From the NCBI GenBank assembly GCA_964607415.1, contig CAZSKK010000003.1, positions 3,693 through 67,692 on the forward strand: DNA of 64,000 bases, given 5' to 3'. The position numbers were made by a program, and so were the translations under genes. This document shows positions 41,193 through 50,240 of this stretch, piece by piece (the stretch's first letter is position 1; every line of letters begins with the position of its first letter). Below the pieces are notes generated by a model. It made no database searches, was not told the origin of the DNA, and worked only from the letters and a program-made list of their open reading frames with translations. Source of the stretch: an uncultured Candidatus Saccharibacteria bacterium (lineage in GTDB: Bacteria > Patescibacteriota > Dojkabacteria > J137).

Positions 41193-41242
41193 GTATTAGA
41201 TTAATTTGCGGAAATCTTAGCAAGAAGAAAAACGTTTTGCAA

Positions 41243-41869
41243 TTAGCCTTGTGGATAAAATCTTTCTTCAATAATTGCAAAACACACATCGCTAATTGAA
41301 CCTCCCATATATTCGCTTTGCCTCTGCATTGTTTTCATTCTTTTCCGATACTCATGGATATCCTTACTTGTTAAATGAATTAGAAGCATATTTAATAACT
41401 GTTCTCTAGCTGAATCTTGTTTTATTTGGAATCTATCTTCTTTGAATAGGGAATAAATATTATTAAATAAATATGGTAAATTTTGACGAACTAAAAATTT
41501 ATCCAAGCTAGTTCCAACAGTATGAATTAATATTCCAAAATTGACATTGGTTATGAAAGAATCATACCTTTCTTTATACTCATTATCCTCACTAAGTGGC
41601 AATGTAATCAACCTATAGCCAAGGCTTAAAAACACTTTCACTTCATTCAGTAAATGCTCGTTTATAACTTTTCCTTCGTCATCAAAAATAAGCTGTTCTA
41701 AAACACTTAGTCTCTTATAAACTGTTTCAGCATTTTTTTGATGAAGTGTCAGCCCAATTTCTTCTTCAGGTTGTAATTCTATTTGGTTTATAGTTGACAT
41801 CAGCTGTGTAAATATCTGAGAAAATTTTTCTGAATAATCAATGGTTTGTGGGGTATAACTATCAGACAT
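41243..41869 (-). CDS. hypothetical protein
   Basis: 208-aa ORF directly downstream of the TrmH-family gene. Confidence 0.65.
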   Translation of the reverse strand: MSDSYTPQTIDYSEKFSQIFTQLMSTINQIELQPEEEIGLTLHQKNAETVYKRLSVLEQLIFDDEGKVINEHLLNEVKVFLSLGYRLITLPLSEDNEYKERYDSFITNVNFGILIHTVGTSLDKFLVRQNLPYLFNNIYSLFKEDRFQIKQDSAREQLLNMLLIHLTSKDIHEYRKRMKTMQRQSEYMGGSISDVCFAIIEERFYPQG

Positions 41870-41871
41870 TT

Positions 41872-42384
41872 TTAGAAGCTAAATAATGTAATTGCAACGC
41901 TTGATGCAACATTTAAACTTGCACCTTTACCATACATTGGAATAAATACCGAAGAATCACATCGTTCTAAAGTTTTTTTATTAACTCCATAAACTTCACT
42001 TCCCGCAACAAAGCAAATCTTATCTTTTCCCTCTAAATAATTTTTAAGTTGATCTATTAGCATTGCTTTATCAGTAAGCTCAATTGCAATAATTTCAAAA
42101 CCTTGTCTTTTTAGCGAATTAATTACTTCGCCAGAAGTTTTATTTCCTACCCAATCAATTGATTTTTCTTTATGGCGCGATACTTTAACCAAATCTTTTC
42201 CAAAAGGGGGTAGATGCGAAATCCCAGTTAAAAATACTTTTCTAACTCCTGCTGCGTCTGCAACCCTAAACATAATTGCTACATTTCTTGCATATTCAAT
42301 ATTTTCAAGAAGAAGATAAATTGTTTTGTCTCGTTTAAATTCTTTTGAAAGTTTTTTAATTTCTTTTTTTTGTAACTGACGCAT
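41872..42384 (-). CDS. TrmH/SpoU family RNA methyltransferase
   Basis: LENIEYARNV..FRVADAAG, AGSEVYG, IPMYGKGASLNVA. Confidence 0.9.
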   Translation of the reverse strand: MRQLQKKEIKKLSKEFKRDKTIYLLLENIEYARNVAIMFRVADAAGVRKVFLTGISHLPPFGKDLVKVSRHKEKSIDWVGNKTSGEVINSLKRQGFEIIAIELTDKAMLIDQLKNYLEGKDKICFVAGSEVYGVNKKTLERCDSSVFIPMYGKGASLNVASSVAITLFSF

Positions 42385-42616
42385 TTTAATTGGTTAGTAA
42401 GTTAAAAGTTAATTGGTTAATTTGTAAAACCACTAATTAACTATTATACCGTTGACTAATTAACTTTACCAATTTCTACAGTCACTCACACAGTCCATCA
42501 GTTACAATTTACTCACTATTTGCTATCCGCTATCAGCTATCAGCTATTAGCTATGATATAATCTTCATACAACTTAACTTTATACATTAAAACGTTTTTA
42601 CCTTACAACGCTTTTT

Positions 42617-43273
42617 ATGAAAAACGCAACCAAAATCATTACCTCACTTGTTTTAATAATAATATTTTTATTAGCATGTGGAGCAATGTTAAGTATAGGA
42701 TTTGTTGGAGCATGGCTTCATACTTATAGAGTCTTAACAGATAGAAGACCAGTTGCGGAAATTTCGATTTCAGAACTAAAGGAAGATGATCTAGGTCAGT
42801 ACATGAATGTAACTTATAAGCCAATAAAAGAAGAATCTGCACTAGTAGCTTTAATTGCTCCAAACGATAGCGAAGATGTTGAATTTGAGCAAGAACAAAC
42901 GTTTAAGCTTTACGGAGATACTGTTCACATTGGAGGTCCAATGGTTAAGTTTAACGATGAATTAATTTTGGTAAATTTCAAAACAATTTATAAAGTAGGT
43001 AAAATTTTCTCTAGATATAACATAGATAACGAAAAAGAAATAAATAAGACTGATGAAATGCAAAAGCAATCATCTTATGATATAAATGGTGGAATTGATT
43101 CCAACTGGCAGTCAATTCATGATAAATTAACTGAAAATAGCCTAAGGGGAAAGTTTTATAGAATTTTTGTTGATACAACTCAACTTGATGTACCTGGTCA
43201 GTTTGCTAGTAATAGAGAACAAACCTACACTTTGTATATTACTAATAATGGATTTGTTTGGGACTTGAAATAA
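42617..43273 (+). CDS. hypothetical membrane-anchored protein
   Basis: N-terminal TM; 218 aa. Confidence 0.7.
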   Translation: MKNATKIITSLVLIIIFLLACGAMLSIGFVGAWLHTYRVLTDRRPVAEISISELKEDDLGQYMNVTYKPIKEESALVALIAPNDSEDVEFEQEQTFKLYGDTVHIGGPMVKFNDELILVNFKTIYKVGKIFSRYNIDNEKEINKTDEMQKQSSYDINGGIDSNWQSIHDKLTENSLRGKFYRIFVDTTQLDVPGQFASNREQTYTLYITNNGFVWDLK

Positions 43274-43339
43274 ATAAGACAAAGGTTGTAAAGATAGATT
43301 ATGTTTCCTCTCCCTTTGGGAGAGGATTAAGGTGAGGGG

Positions 43340-43413
43340 TTCGAAAAAAGCACATTGTGCATTTGAGTGCAGCTAAAATAGCTCCATTCGACTGCATAAT
43401 ATGCAATCTCAGG
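43340..43413. mobile_element. MITE-like double-hairpin element, copy B (inverted relative to A), abutting the outer tRNA
   Basis: TCGAAA-aaagcacattgtgcat-TTGAGTGCAGCTA-aaa-TAGCTCCATTCGA-ctgcataatatgcaa-TCTCAGG. Confidence 0.6.
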
Positions 43414-43700
43414 TGTTGTGGCCAAGTGGTAAGGCGAGAGTCTGACCCGAAAATCATGTTAAGCTTGCGAAACATATGATTTTCGTGGATCCCAAACTTT
43501 ATGAATTACAAAAAGGTGACGTGGCCAAGTGGTAAGGCGAGAGTCTGCAAAACTCTTACTCGCGGGTTCGATTCCCGCCGTCACCTTTTTGTAATTCATA
43601 TTTCTTTGTGGGGACAAAACTATTATCATACATACAGAATAATTTTCATTCTCAACATGACATTTAGTCATGTTTCGGGGTTCGATTCCCGCCAACACCT
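43412..43700 (+). pseudogene. interrupted outer tRNA-Cys (pieces 43412-43444, 43615-43625, 43678-43700)
   Basis: GGTGTTG-TGGCCAAGTGGTAAGGCGAGAGTCTG ... CAAAACTATTA ... GGGTTCGATTCCCGC-CAACACC-T; own complementary acceptor stem. Confidence 0.75.
43515..43586 (+). tRNA. trnC: tRNA-Cys(GCA), intact, CCA not encoded
   Basis: Acceptor GGTGACG/CGTCACC, anticodon arm AGAGT-CTGCAAA-ACTCT, T arm GCGGG-TTCGATT-CCCGC, U73 discriminator. Confidence 0.96.
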
Positions 43701-43835
43701 TATAGGTTTTTGGTTTAGCTCACTCGACAACATAATATGTTGTCTCAGGTGCAACTCCCACCGTGTCCTATTACTGCAAAACAGCTTTTTTTATATATTC
43801 GACTGCATAATATGCAGTCTCAACTCTCAGCATTC

Positions 43836-44960
43836 TCATTGCAGTTCAAACTCAAAACTCTTAAAGATCTCCCCATTAATTTGTATTTCAAGTTTGTGCG
43901 TTCCAGGATACAAAGTTCGTGTAGTCATAAACTGTTTTAGCATATGTTTCTTTTGAATTGTTGCAGTTTCACCTTCGTTAAGATTTAAAGCTTTAATTTT
44001 AAAAACCTTTTTGTTATTTAGCTTCCCAGTCTTATTCTGAAAGTAGAGTATATAGTCAACTACTAAATTAACTTCTGATTTAGCATAGATATCAAAGCTA
44101 AACTGCAAGTACGAATTCATTTTAACTTTGTTTGTTGCCGTAAAATTTTGAATTGCTATATCCGGTTTGTGGCTAAAACCCAGCAATTCCATTGCCCCCA
44201 AATCGCCTTGTTTTATAAGCGTTCTTAAAGAATGTTTTATAATGTAATCCATCTCTTTAGGATCTTGCTTTTTAGAATCCCTCCACTTAATCAAAGTTTT
44301 AATTACCAACTCTGGATCAACCTTGGAAATATCGTTCATGTGATTTGCCACCGAGCGTGTTACAAATCTAGCCGAATCGGAGAACAAATTATCTAAAATT
44401 GTAATTGGAGTAGAGTGGCTCATATTAATTTTTTGAGCCCAGGGAAGCTTAGGTCTTGTTCCTTCACTACAAAGCCTCCTTACGTGGTAGTTTGAATCTT
44501 TGCTCCATATCAAAAGTGTTTCTAAAGTCTCCTTTGGATATTTATTAATGAAATACCTGATTGCATCTTCAACCGAAAAACGCATTGTAATTTCCCTTAG
44601 GACATTTAACGACAAAGTTAGATTGTTCCTATCAAGCCCATATTTAGCTACAAACTCCGCATATGGTGCATAAATAAAATCTCCAAAGTCGTTATCAGTT
44701 AAACTGGGATCATTTGGCTCCGGAAGTGCCTTAAGTATAACTGCAACTGCATCACTATAATTGTTTGGCAAATATTTCTTAAGATTTTCTGCAATCCACG
44801 AAATTCTGGCTTTTAACTCAAGCTCTGGGAATTTTATCATCACCTCATCTATAAAACTTTCTTCGGCAAATTCCGGATAAACGTTTTTTACTTCACTAGC
44901 CAGTTGGCTAACTTTATTTTTATTAAAAAGAAAATCTTTTAAAGAAAATTTTTCAGCCAT
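43836..44960 (-). CDS. DNA alkylation repair protein (AlkC/AlkD-like HEAT-repeat family)
   Basis: TMRFSVEDAIRYF, HVRRLCSEGTRPKLPW, RSVANHMNDISK, MTTRTLYPGTH. Confidence 0.88.
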   Translation of the reverse strand: MAEKFSLKDFLFNKNKVSQLASEVKNVYPEFAEESFIDEVMIKFPELELKARISWIAENLKKYLPNNYSDAVAVILKALPEPNDPSLTDNDFGDFIYAPYAEFVAKYGLDRNNLTLSLNVLREITMRFSVEDAIRYFINKYPKETLETLLIWSKDSNYHVRRLCSEGTRPKLPWAQKINMSHSTPITILDNLFSDSARFVTRSVANHMNDISKVDPELVIKTLIKWRDSKKQDPKEMDYIIKHSLRTLIKQGDLGAMELLGFSHKPDIAIQNFTATNKVKMNSYLQFSFDIYAKSEVNLVVDYILYFQNKTGKLNNKKVFKIKALNLNEGETATIQKKHMLKQFMTTRTLYPGTHKLEIQINGEIFKSFEFELQ

Positions 44961-44971
44961 AAGTTTTTAAA

Positions 44972-45005
44972 TATGAAGCCGCGACTTCGAAGTCGCGGCT
45001 TCATA
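44972..45005. repeat. perfect 34-bp palindrome, REP-like
   Basis: TATGAAGCCGCGACTTCGAAGTCGCGGCTTCATA; same arms as 28334. Confidence 0.7.
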
Positions 45006-45046
45006 AAATGTTCTACAAAATAAAGCCTGAATACAATAATTTAAGC

Positions 45047-46621
45047 TTACAACGACCCATCGTCTTCATAATAGTCTTCCCAGTTGTAGTCTTCCATATA
45101 TTCATCAAAATTGTAATCCGAATCATCCATGTAATCCTCCCAATTAAAATCGTCCGTAGAATTGTCATCCAAACCATAATCTCCCATATCTAAAAAACTG
45201 TATGGATCAATTTGGTTTAACTGTTCAGTTAAATCCACATCAAACTCAGGCGCTACTACTTCTTTGTCCGAATCATTACTTAAAATAAGATAATTAAATT
45301 TTAAGTTTATCAATGAATCTCCAAAGCTAAGCCCTGGATACGCTCCGTCTAGACTTCCGGAATTAAATACCAGATCAACCCCAGCGCCACTTAATTTAGA
45401 ATCATTTACACACATATTTACACTAACAGCAATTTGGCTGTTATCAATCTCATCTCTGAGTTGATCCATAGATTCTTCAATTGACTGTCTTGCTTCTTCT
45501 GGAGTTTCAGGTCCATCATAAGCCTCATCATTTGTTACAATATCAGAAATTTCAACAGCTGCAGTTTCAAGTTGATCAATCATTCCTTTAAAATCTACCT
45601 CACTTGAATCACAAGTTGAATCAGAGTCATCCCTTATTGGATCAAAACTTTCAGTGTTTCCAAAGATTGTAAAATCTTCCATTGTTTTAATTAAAACATC
45701 CTTTACCGGATTTCCAATTCGCTGAATTAAAGCTTCGTCTTCATCGGAAAGATCAGCGAATGTTTCGTCCAAAGAGTTAGTGTATTCTTCTAATAAATCT
45801 TCAGTTGAAAAAGAAGCTCCTGATACACTCATTTCTTCAGATTTTAAAGTACTAATAAGTTCAGACATATATTCAGTTAAATCAACTTTGAATACTTTAT
45901 CTTCAACCAAAGCCGCACCTAAAGCTGAATCACTATCTGTTGATTCAGGCATTACTAAGTTATCAAAGCTTATGTATACAACTTCATCAGTATAAGTTAG
46001 ATCAAAGTTCCCGTTAAACTCACCAGTTGAAGGTTCTGAAAAATTAAAGCTTCCTTTAATATTAATTGCAGGAATAGATCTTAATATTTCAGCCTCACTC
46101 ATATCGATAAAAGGATTTTCACCCTCAGATACTTCATATTTTGAGTAATCAAACTCCGGATAATCTACTAAAATATCTGAGTTTAAGTTTAGGCTCCCGG
46201 AATCTCCCATGTCTAAAGCCATATCAAAAGCAACCTCCAATGTTTTTCCAGATACATCTACATCTTCACTTGAAAAATACCTTAAATTATCACTAATCTC
46301 GCTAGATTTTTCTGAAATTGCATCCAGATCAAAAATCTTTGGAGGATTGTCTTTATCGAAATTTGAGAAATCAAGGTCTTCAAGATATAACTTAACAGAA
46401 TCAGAGAAAGCCATTTCAAGCTCTTCCTGAGGATTATCTGCTTTATAGTCATCGCTTAGTATGTTAATAGATGAGTCTTCAGAGATAAAAAGAAAAAAAG
46501 CAGCTACTGAAGAAATAGCAAAAAGGAACAAAATAGTAAAACAACCTAGCCCTAGCCAAAGAAATTTCTTACTTTTCTTTTTGGTTTTAGTTTCTACTGG
46601 AGCAATTGTTGCATCTGGCAT
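45047..46621 (-). CDS. highly acidic membrane-anchored hypothetical protein
   Basis: KKKSKK plus TM; D/E-rich; tail with repeated (F/Y)NWEDY. Confidence 0.75.
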   Translation of the reverse strand: MPDATIAPVETKTKKKSKKFLWLGLGCFTILFLFAISSVAAFFLFISEDSSINILSDDYKADNPQEELEMAFSDSVKLYLEDLDFSNFDKDNPPKIFDLDAISEKSSEISDNLRYFSSEDVDVSGKTLEVAFDMALDMGDSGSLNLNSDILVDYPEFDYSKYEVSEGENPFIDMSEAEILRSIPAINIKGSFNFSEPSTGEFNGNFDLTYTDEVVYISFDNLVMPESTDSDSALGAALVEDKVFKVDLTEYMSELISTLKSEEMSVSGASFSTEDLLEEYTNSLDETFADLSDEDEALIQRIGNPVKDVLIKTMEDFTIFGNTESFDPIRDDSDSTCDSSEVDFKGMIDQLETAAVEISDIVTNDEAYDGPETPEEARQSIEESMDQLRDEIDNSQIAVSVNMCVNDSKLSGAGVDLVFNSGSLDGAYPGLSFGDSLINLKFNYLILSNDSDKEVVAPEFDVDLTEQLNQIDPYSFLDMGDYGLDDNSTDDFNWEDYMDDSDYNFDEYMEDYNWEDYYEDDGSL

Positions 46622-46797
46622 AATGAAAGAATTAAGAATTATGAATTAAGATTTAAGAAAGTTAATTAGTCAGTTGGTAAACAGTCAATTAGTGTAATAT
46701 CCCAATTAACGCATCTACTAATTAACATATTAACCTAATGGTTTTATGTGTTTTACTTACGTCAAACGTCCTACGTCTGACTTCAAACGCTAACTAA

Positions 46798-48354
46798 TTA
46801 TACCAAAAGATCTCGACCCGTCATATCTGCGGGAGGCTCCACTCCCATAAGTTTTAATATAGTAGGTGCAACGTCTGCTAAACCACCTACTGGGAGTTCT
46901 CTACCATCAAGGCCTTTTTTTATTACAATGAAAGGAACCTGATTGGTTGAGTGCTTTGTATCAGGTTCGCCTGTTTGAACATTAATCATTTCTTCAGCAT
47001 TCCCATGATCTGCCGTAATAACTACCGCTCCGTCCTTTTTTAAAACTTCTTGTACAATTCTACCTACACAATCGTCACAAACCTCCATTGATTTTATTGT
47101 TGCATCTAAAACTCCTGTATGTGCAACCATATCGGGTCCTGCAAAGTTTACAACTATAAAATCAAATTCATCCTTTTCTATTTTCTCGATCAGAACATCT
47201 GTAACCCACTTTTGGCTCATTTCTGGTTTTAAATCATATGTTGCAACGTCTTTAGGCGATGGAATTTCAAGCCAAACTTCACCTGGCCAAATATTTGGAT
47301 TACCACCATTAAAAAAATAAGTAACATGAGGAAATTTTTCTGACTCCGAAATTCGTAGCTGCTTCAGTCCTTTATCTGAAAGTACCTTTCCTAATGGATC
47401 CGTAATCTCTTCTGGAGGAAAAGCTTTTCTAATTGGAAAACCATCCTCGTATTCTGTAAAACCAACAAAATACAAATTTTTAATCTTCGTCCTCTCAAAT
47501 CCTTTAAAATTGTCATCTTCAAAAGCTTTAGTTATTTGAGTTGCTCTATCTGCTCTAAAATTGAAGAAAATAACACAATCTCCTTCCTTGATTACTGCAG
47601 GTTTCTCTTTTCCAGTAACTACAACAAGGGGTTCCATATATTCATCAGTAACGTTTTTCTTATACATCTCCTCTAAAGTTTTCTTCCAGCTTTTTGTTTC
47701 CGTTCCAATTCCACTTGTTAGTAAATCATAAGCTCTTTTTGTTTTTTCCCACCTTCTATCTCTATCCATGGCATAAGTTCTTCCTATGATTGTTGCAATT
47801 CTACCTACTCTTTTTTGAATACAATATGATTCTAATTTTTCTAAAAGATCAGATCCTGCTGTGGGTGAAGAATCCCTTCCATCAGTAAAACAATGAATAA
47901 AAAGACTATCTGGATCAATTTTTTGCCTTTTAGCAACTTCCATTAGGGCAACTAAATGCTCAAAAGATGAATGCACAACTCCATCCCCGACTAAGCCCAT
48001 AAAGTGAATGTTACCTTTATTCTTCTTTGCATGCTCAATGCCATCTATTATTACCTGATTTGAATAAAAGCCATCGTTTTTTATAGCATTATCTATTCTG
48101 GGAAGATCTTGAAAAATTACTTTCCCAGCACCTATGGTCATATGTCCTACCTCAGAATTACCATCTGCATCTGATGGTAAACCAACATGTAATCCAGCAG
48201 CCTCTAAATATGTATGCGGGTAACTGGGCCACAATTTATCAAGATTTTTTGTGTCTGCAAGAGTAACAGCATTACCAGGTCCAGGCTGTGCAACGCCAAC
48301 CCCATCCATAGAAATTAATACAACAGGTTTTGGTCTTTTAAAAAAATCCGCCAT
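46798..48354 (-). CDS. gpmI: 2,3-bisphosphoglycerate-independent phosphoglycerate mutase
   Basis: GNSEVGH, DGRD, YAMDRD, NFRADRA, DMVAHTG, TADHGNAE. Confidence 0.96.
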   Translation of the reverse strand: MADFFKRPKPVVLISMDGVGVAQPGPGNAVTLADTKNLDKLWPSYPHTYLEAAGLHVGLPSDADGNSEVGHMTIGAGKVIFQDLPRIDNAIKNDGFYSNQVIIDGIEHAKKNKGNIHFMGLVGDGVVHSSFEHLVALMEVAKRQKIDPDSLFIHCFTDGRDSSPTAGSDLLEKLESYCIQKRVGRIATIIGRTYAMDRDRRWEKTKRAYDLLTSGIGTETKSWKKTLEEMYKKNVTDEYMEPLVVVTGKEKPAVIKEGDCVIFFNFRADRATQITKAFEDDNFKGFERTKIKNLYFVGFTEYEDGFPIRKAFPPEEITDPLGKVLSDKGLKQLRISESEKFPHVTYFFNGGNPNIWPGEVWLEIPSPKDVATYDLKPEMSQKWVTDVLIEKIEKDEFDFIVVNFAGPDMVAHTGVLDATIKSMEVCDDCVGRIVQEVLKKDGAVVITADHGNAEEMINVQTGEPDTKHSTNQVPFIVIKKGLDGRELPVGGLADVAPTILKLMGVEPPADMTGRDLLV

Positions 48355-48376
48355 TATAATCAAGCTTCTTCATATT

Positions 48377-48556
48377 ACTTCTCCTTTAGGAGAAGTCGAT
48401 TCTGAACTTTGTTTCAGAATCTGATGAGGTTAATAAAATCCCCTTTTTATTCTCAACAACATAAAATGTTGTTTCGGGTCGATTTCGATATTGTTCGAAA
48501 TCGGGTGAGGTTTTTAATTTTTAACTCCACTCAGCAGCACAATGTGCTGTTTCGGG
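48377..48556. repeat. cluster of palindromic repeats and two half-MITE hairpins
   Basis: cttctcctttaggagaag; CTCAA-caacataaaatgttg-TTTCGGG (48452-48478); CACTCAG-cagcacaatgtgctg-TTTCGGG (48528-48556). Confidence 0.6.
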
Positions 48557-48680
48557 AGAAATAAAGAGGGGTTGTACAACTATATCTAATATCAGCATAC
48601 CTGAAAAGAAAAAAAGTATAAAGACTATTGAAATCTTCAATAAAAAATTATATAAAGTCGTAATTTTTAAATTAAAATAA

Positions 48681-49043
48681 ATGTCAACACTAGAGCAAGA
48701 AGTTAATTTGTGGCCTGTAAACGTCCGTACCGATACTCCAGTATTAGGTCTTCCTGATGCTATATTTAACAGTATGGAAGAAAGTACGTTAAATTGGGGC
48801 CGTTTATTACATTCAGCCAAAGATTTACTAAAAAGTGAATCAACTACCGCCCAGTTGCTACTATCTGGGATGCCTGTCGAGGTTGCTCTCATAAAAATCC
48901 AAAATAGAGTGATAATTACACTACAAACCATTGTAAATGAAGCCGATATAGAATATGTCCTAAGCGACCTCATTCTGGCAATCAACGAAGCTAATAAGTC
49001 TCTTCCTCAAGCAGTATTTGAAATTGCGCAAATGTACAGTTGA
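48681..49043 (+). CDS. small hypothetical protein
   Basis: 120-aa ORF, first of a co-oriented array. Confidence 0.6.
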   Translation: MSTLEQEVNLWPVNVRTDTPVLGLPDAIFNSMEESTLNWGRLLHSAKDLLKSESTTAQLLLSGMPVEVALIKIQNRVIITLQTIVNEADIEYVLSDLILAINEANKSLPQAVFEIAQMYS

Positions 49044-49096
49044 ATATGACGCCGATTTTTGGTATCATATTTAGTATTTATATAATCATTATTTAT

Positions 49097-49408
49097 ATGG
49101 ATACATTAAATTTTAGTGAGCAAATACCAGAAGCGTTGCCTTATAGTGCAAGTATTAGAGAAATTATGCAACATATCCAATCTAATAATTTCGCAATTAG
49201 TACCACCTTACAAGTTATTAATGATGGTTTGTTCGAACTTTGGATAGATAAAAGTGGAAAGATAACTCCTATAATAAAAACTGACAACCTATCGTTAGAT
49301 TTCGAGAACTCGAGGCGATATAACCAAGCATTTGTTAGATTAGCAAATGCTAGTCGAGAAATTTTTCCACAAGTAAATACACCACCTGTATACTCTGATC
49401 TTTACTAA
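49097..49408 (+). CDS. small hypothetical protein
   Basis: ATG 49097 after a TTGAAT-17-TATCAT promoter-like motif. Confidence 0.55.
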   Translation: MDTLNFSEQIPEALPYSASIREIMQHIQSNNFAISTTLQVINDGLFELWIDKSGKITPIIKTDNLSLDFENSRRYNQAFVRLANASREIFPQVNTPPVYSDLY

Positions 49409-49454
49409 GCTTACCCTCAAAGCCAAAAGCCATATTAATCGTTAAAATTAAACT

Positions 49455-49736
49455 GTGGTTATACCTGACAGCTCTACAAAAGAAACTCTTATGCAACAAA
49501 TAGAAAAATCTATCACTCAACTGAATGATGATTCTATTTCTATTTCTATTGAACCAACATTAGGTATTTCGTTAGTAATAGAACGTTCTAATGGGAATAT
49601 ACATGCAACTATTGTAAGGCCTGAAAAGGTAAAGCATTTGAGCATCATCGGTGACACATGGAATATTCTTCATGTAAATAATATTAGCAATGTTTCATTT
49701 AAAAATATTTATAATCATTCAAACCATGAAGGTTGA
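49455..49736 (+). CDS. small hypothetical protein
   Basis: 93-aa ORF, GTG start. Confidence 0.45.
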   Translation: MVIPDSSTKETLMQQIEKSITQLNDDSISISIEPTLGISLVIERSNGNIHATIVRPEKVKHLSIIGDTWNILHVNNISNVSFKNIYNHSNHEG

Positions 49737-50178
49737 AACTTTACCTAATAGACATGAGTTTGAAGTATTCTTTCGAGGAACAGGAAGACGTTCCAATCCT
49801 TTCGTTCCTCGATCCCTAACAAATGAAATTGCTATTGGTACATTTTTTAATTTATTGCCTTTTAGCCATCCTGAAAATGGTGGTTATCCTTTGTTTTTGG
49901 AGGTTTTTACTGGGCAAAACGAGACTCACTTTATCATAGAAGCATGCAGAGATTGCTATGGGCAATTAACTTACAACATTTTACTAAAAGAAGGATATTT
50001 ACCCTCTAAATCCGTAAAAGATTATTTTGAGCTACAAAAAATAGTAAACAAAATACTTCCAAATCCCGTAGAATACAATCTTGAGAATATTTCACTTCAC
50101 GAAAGACATAACAATCCAACCAAAGTCCTTCTGGATTCTGAACCGTATTTAGATATCACTATGCAAATAGAGGCATAA
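49726..50178 (+). CDS. small hypothetical protein
   Basis: ATG 49726, overlaps the end of the previous ORF. Confidence 0.55.
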   Translation: MKVETLPNRHEFEVFFRGTGRRSNPFVPRSLTNEIAIGTFFNLLPFSHPENGGYPLFLEVFTGQNETHFIIEACRDCYGQLTYNILLKEGYLPSKSVKDYFELQKIVNKILPNPVEYNLENISLHERHNNPTKVLLDSEPYLDITMQIEA

Positions 50179-50240
50179 CATTTGTTGACTTCATTTTACG
50201 ATTATCTATAATATAATTATATTTCTTATTTGAAAATATT

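Noticed and set aside
43445-43614. Group I intron in the outer tRNA anticodon loop
   Set aside because: Only 170 nt, mostly occupied by the inner tRNA; no recognisable catalytic core; outer stems are damaged
43340-43822. CRISPR array formed by the recurring GCATAATATGC hairpins
   Set aside because: Copies are irregularly spaced, vary in sequence and orientation, and no cas genes are present
43459-43956. ORFs 43459-43698, 43501-43956 and 43737-43940
   Set aside because: They overlap the tRNA and repeat elements and have atypical composition; spurious
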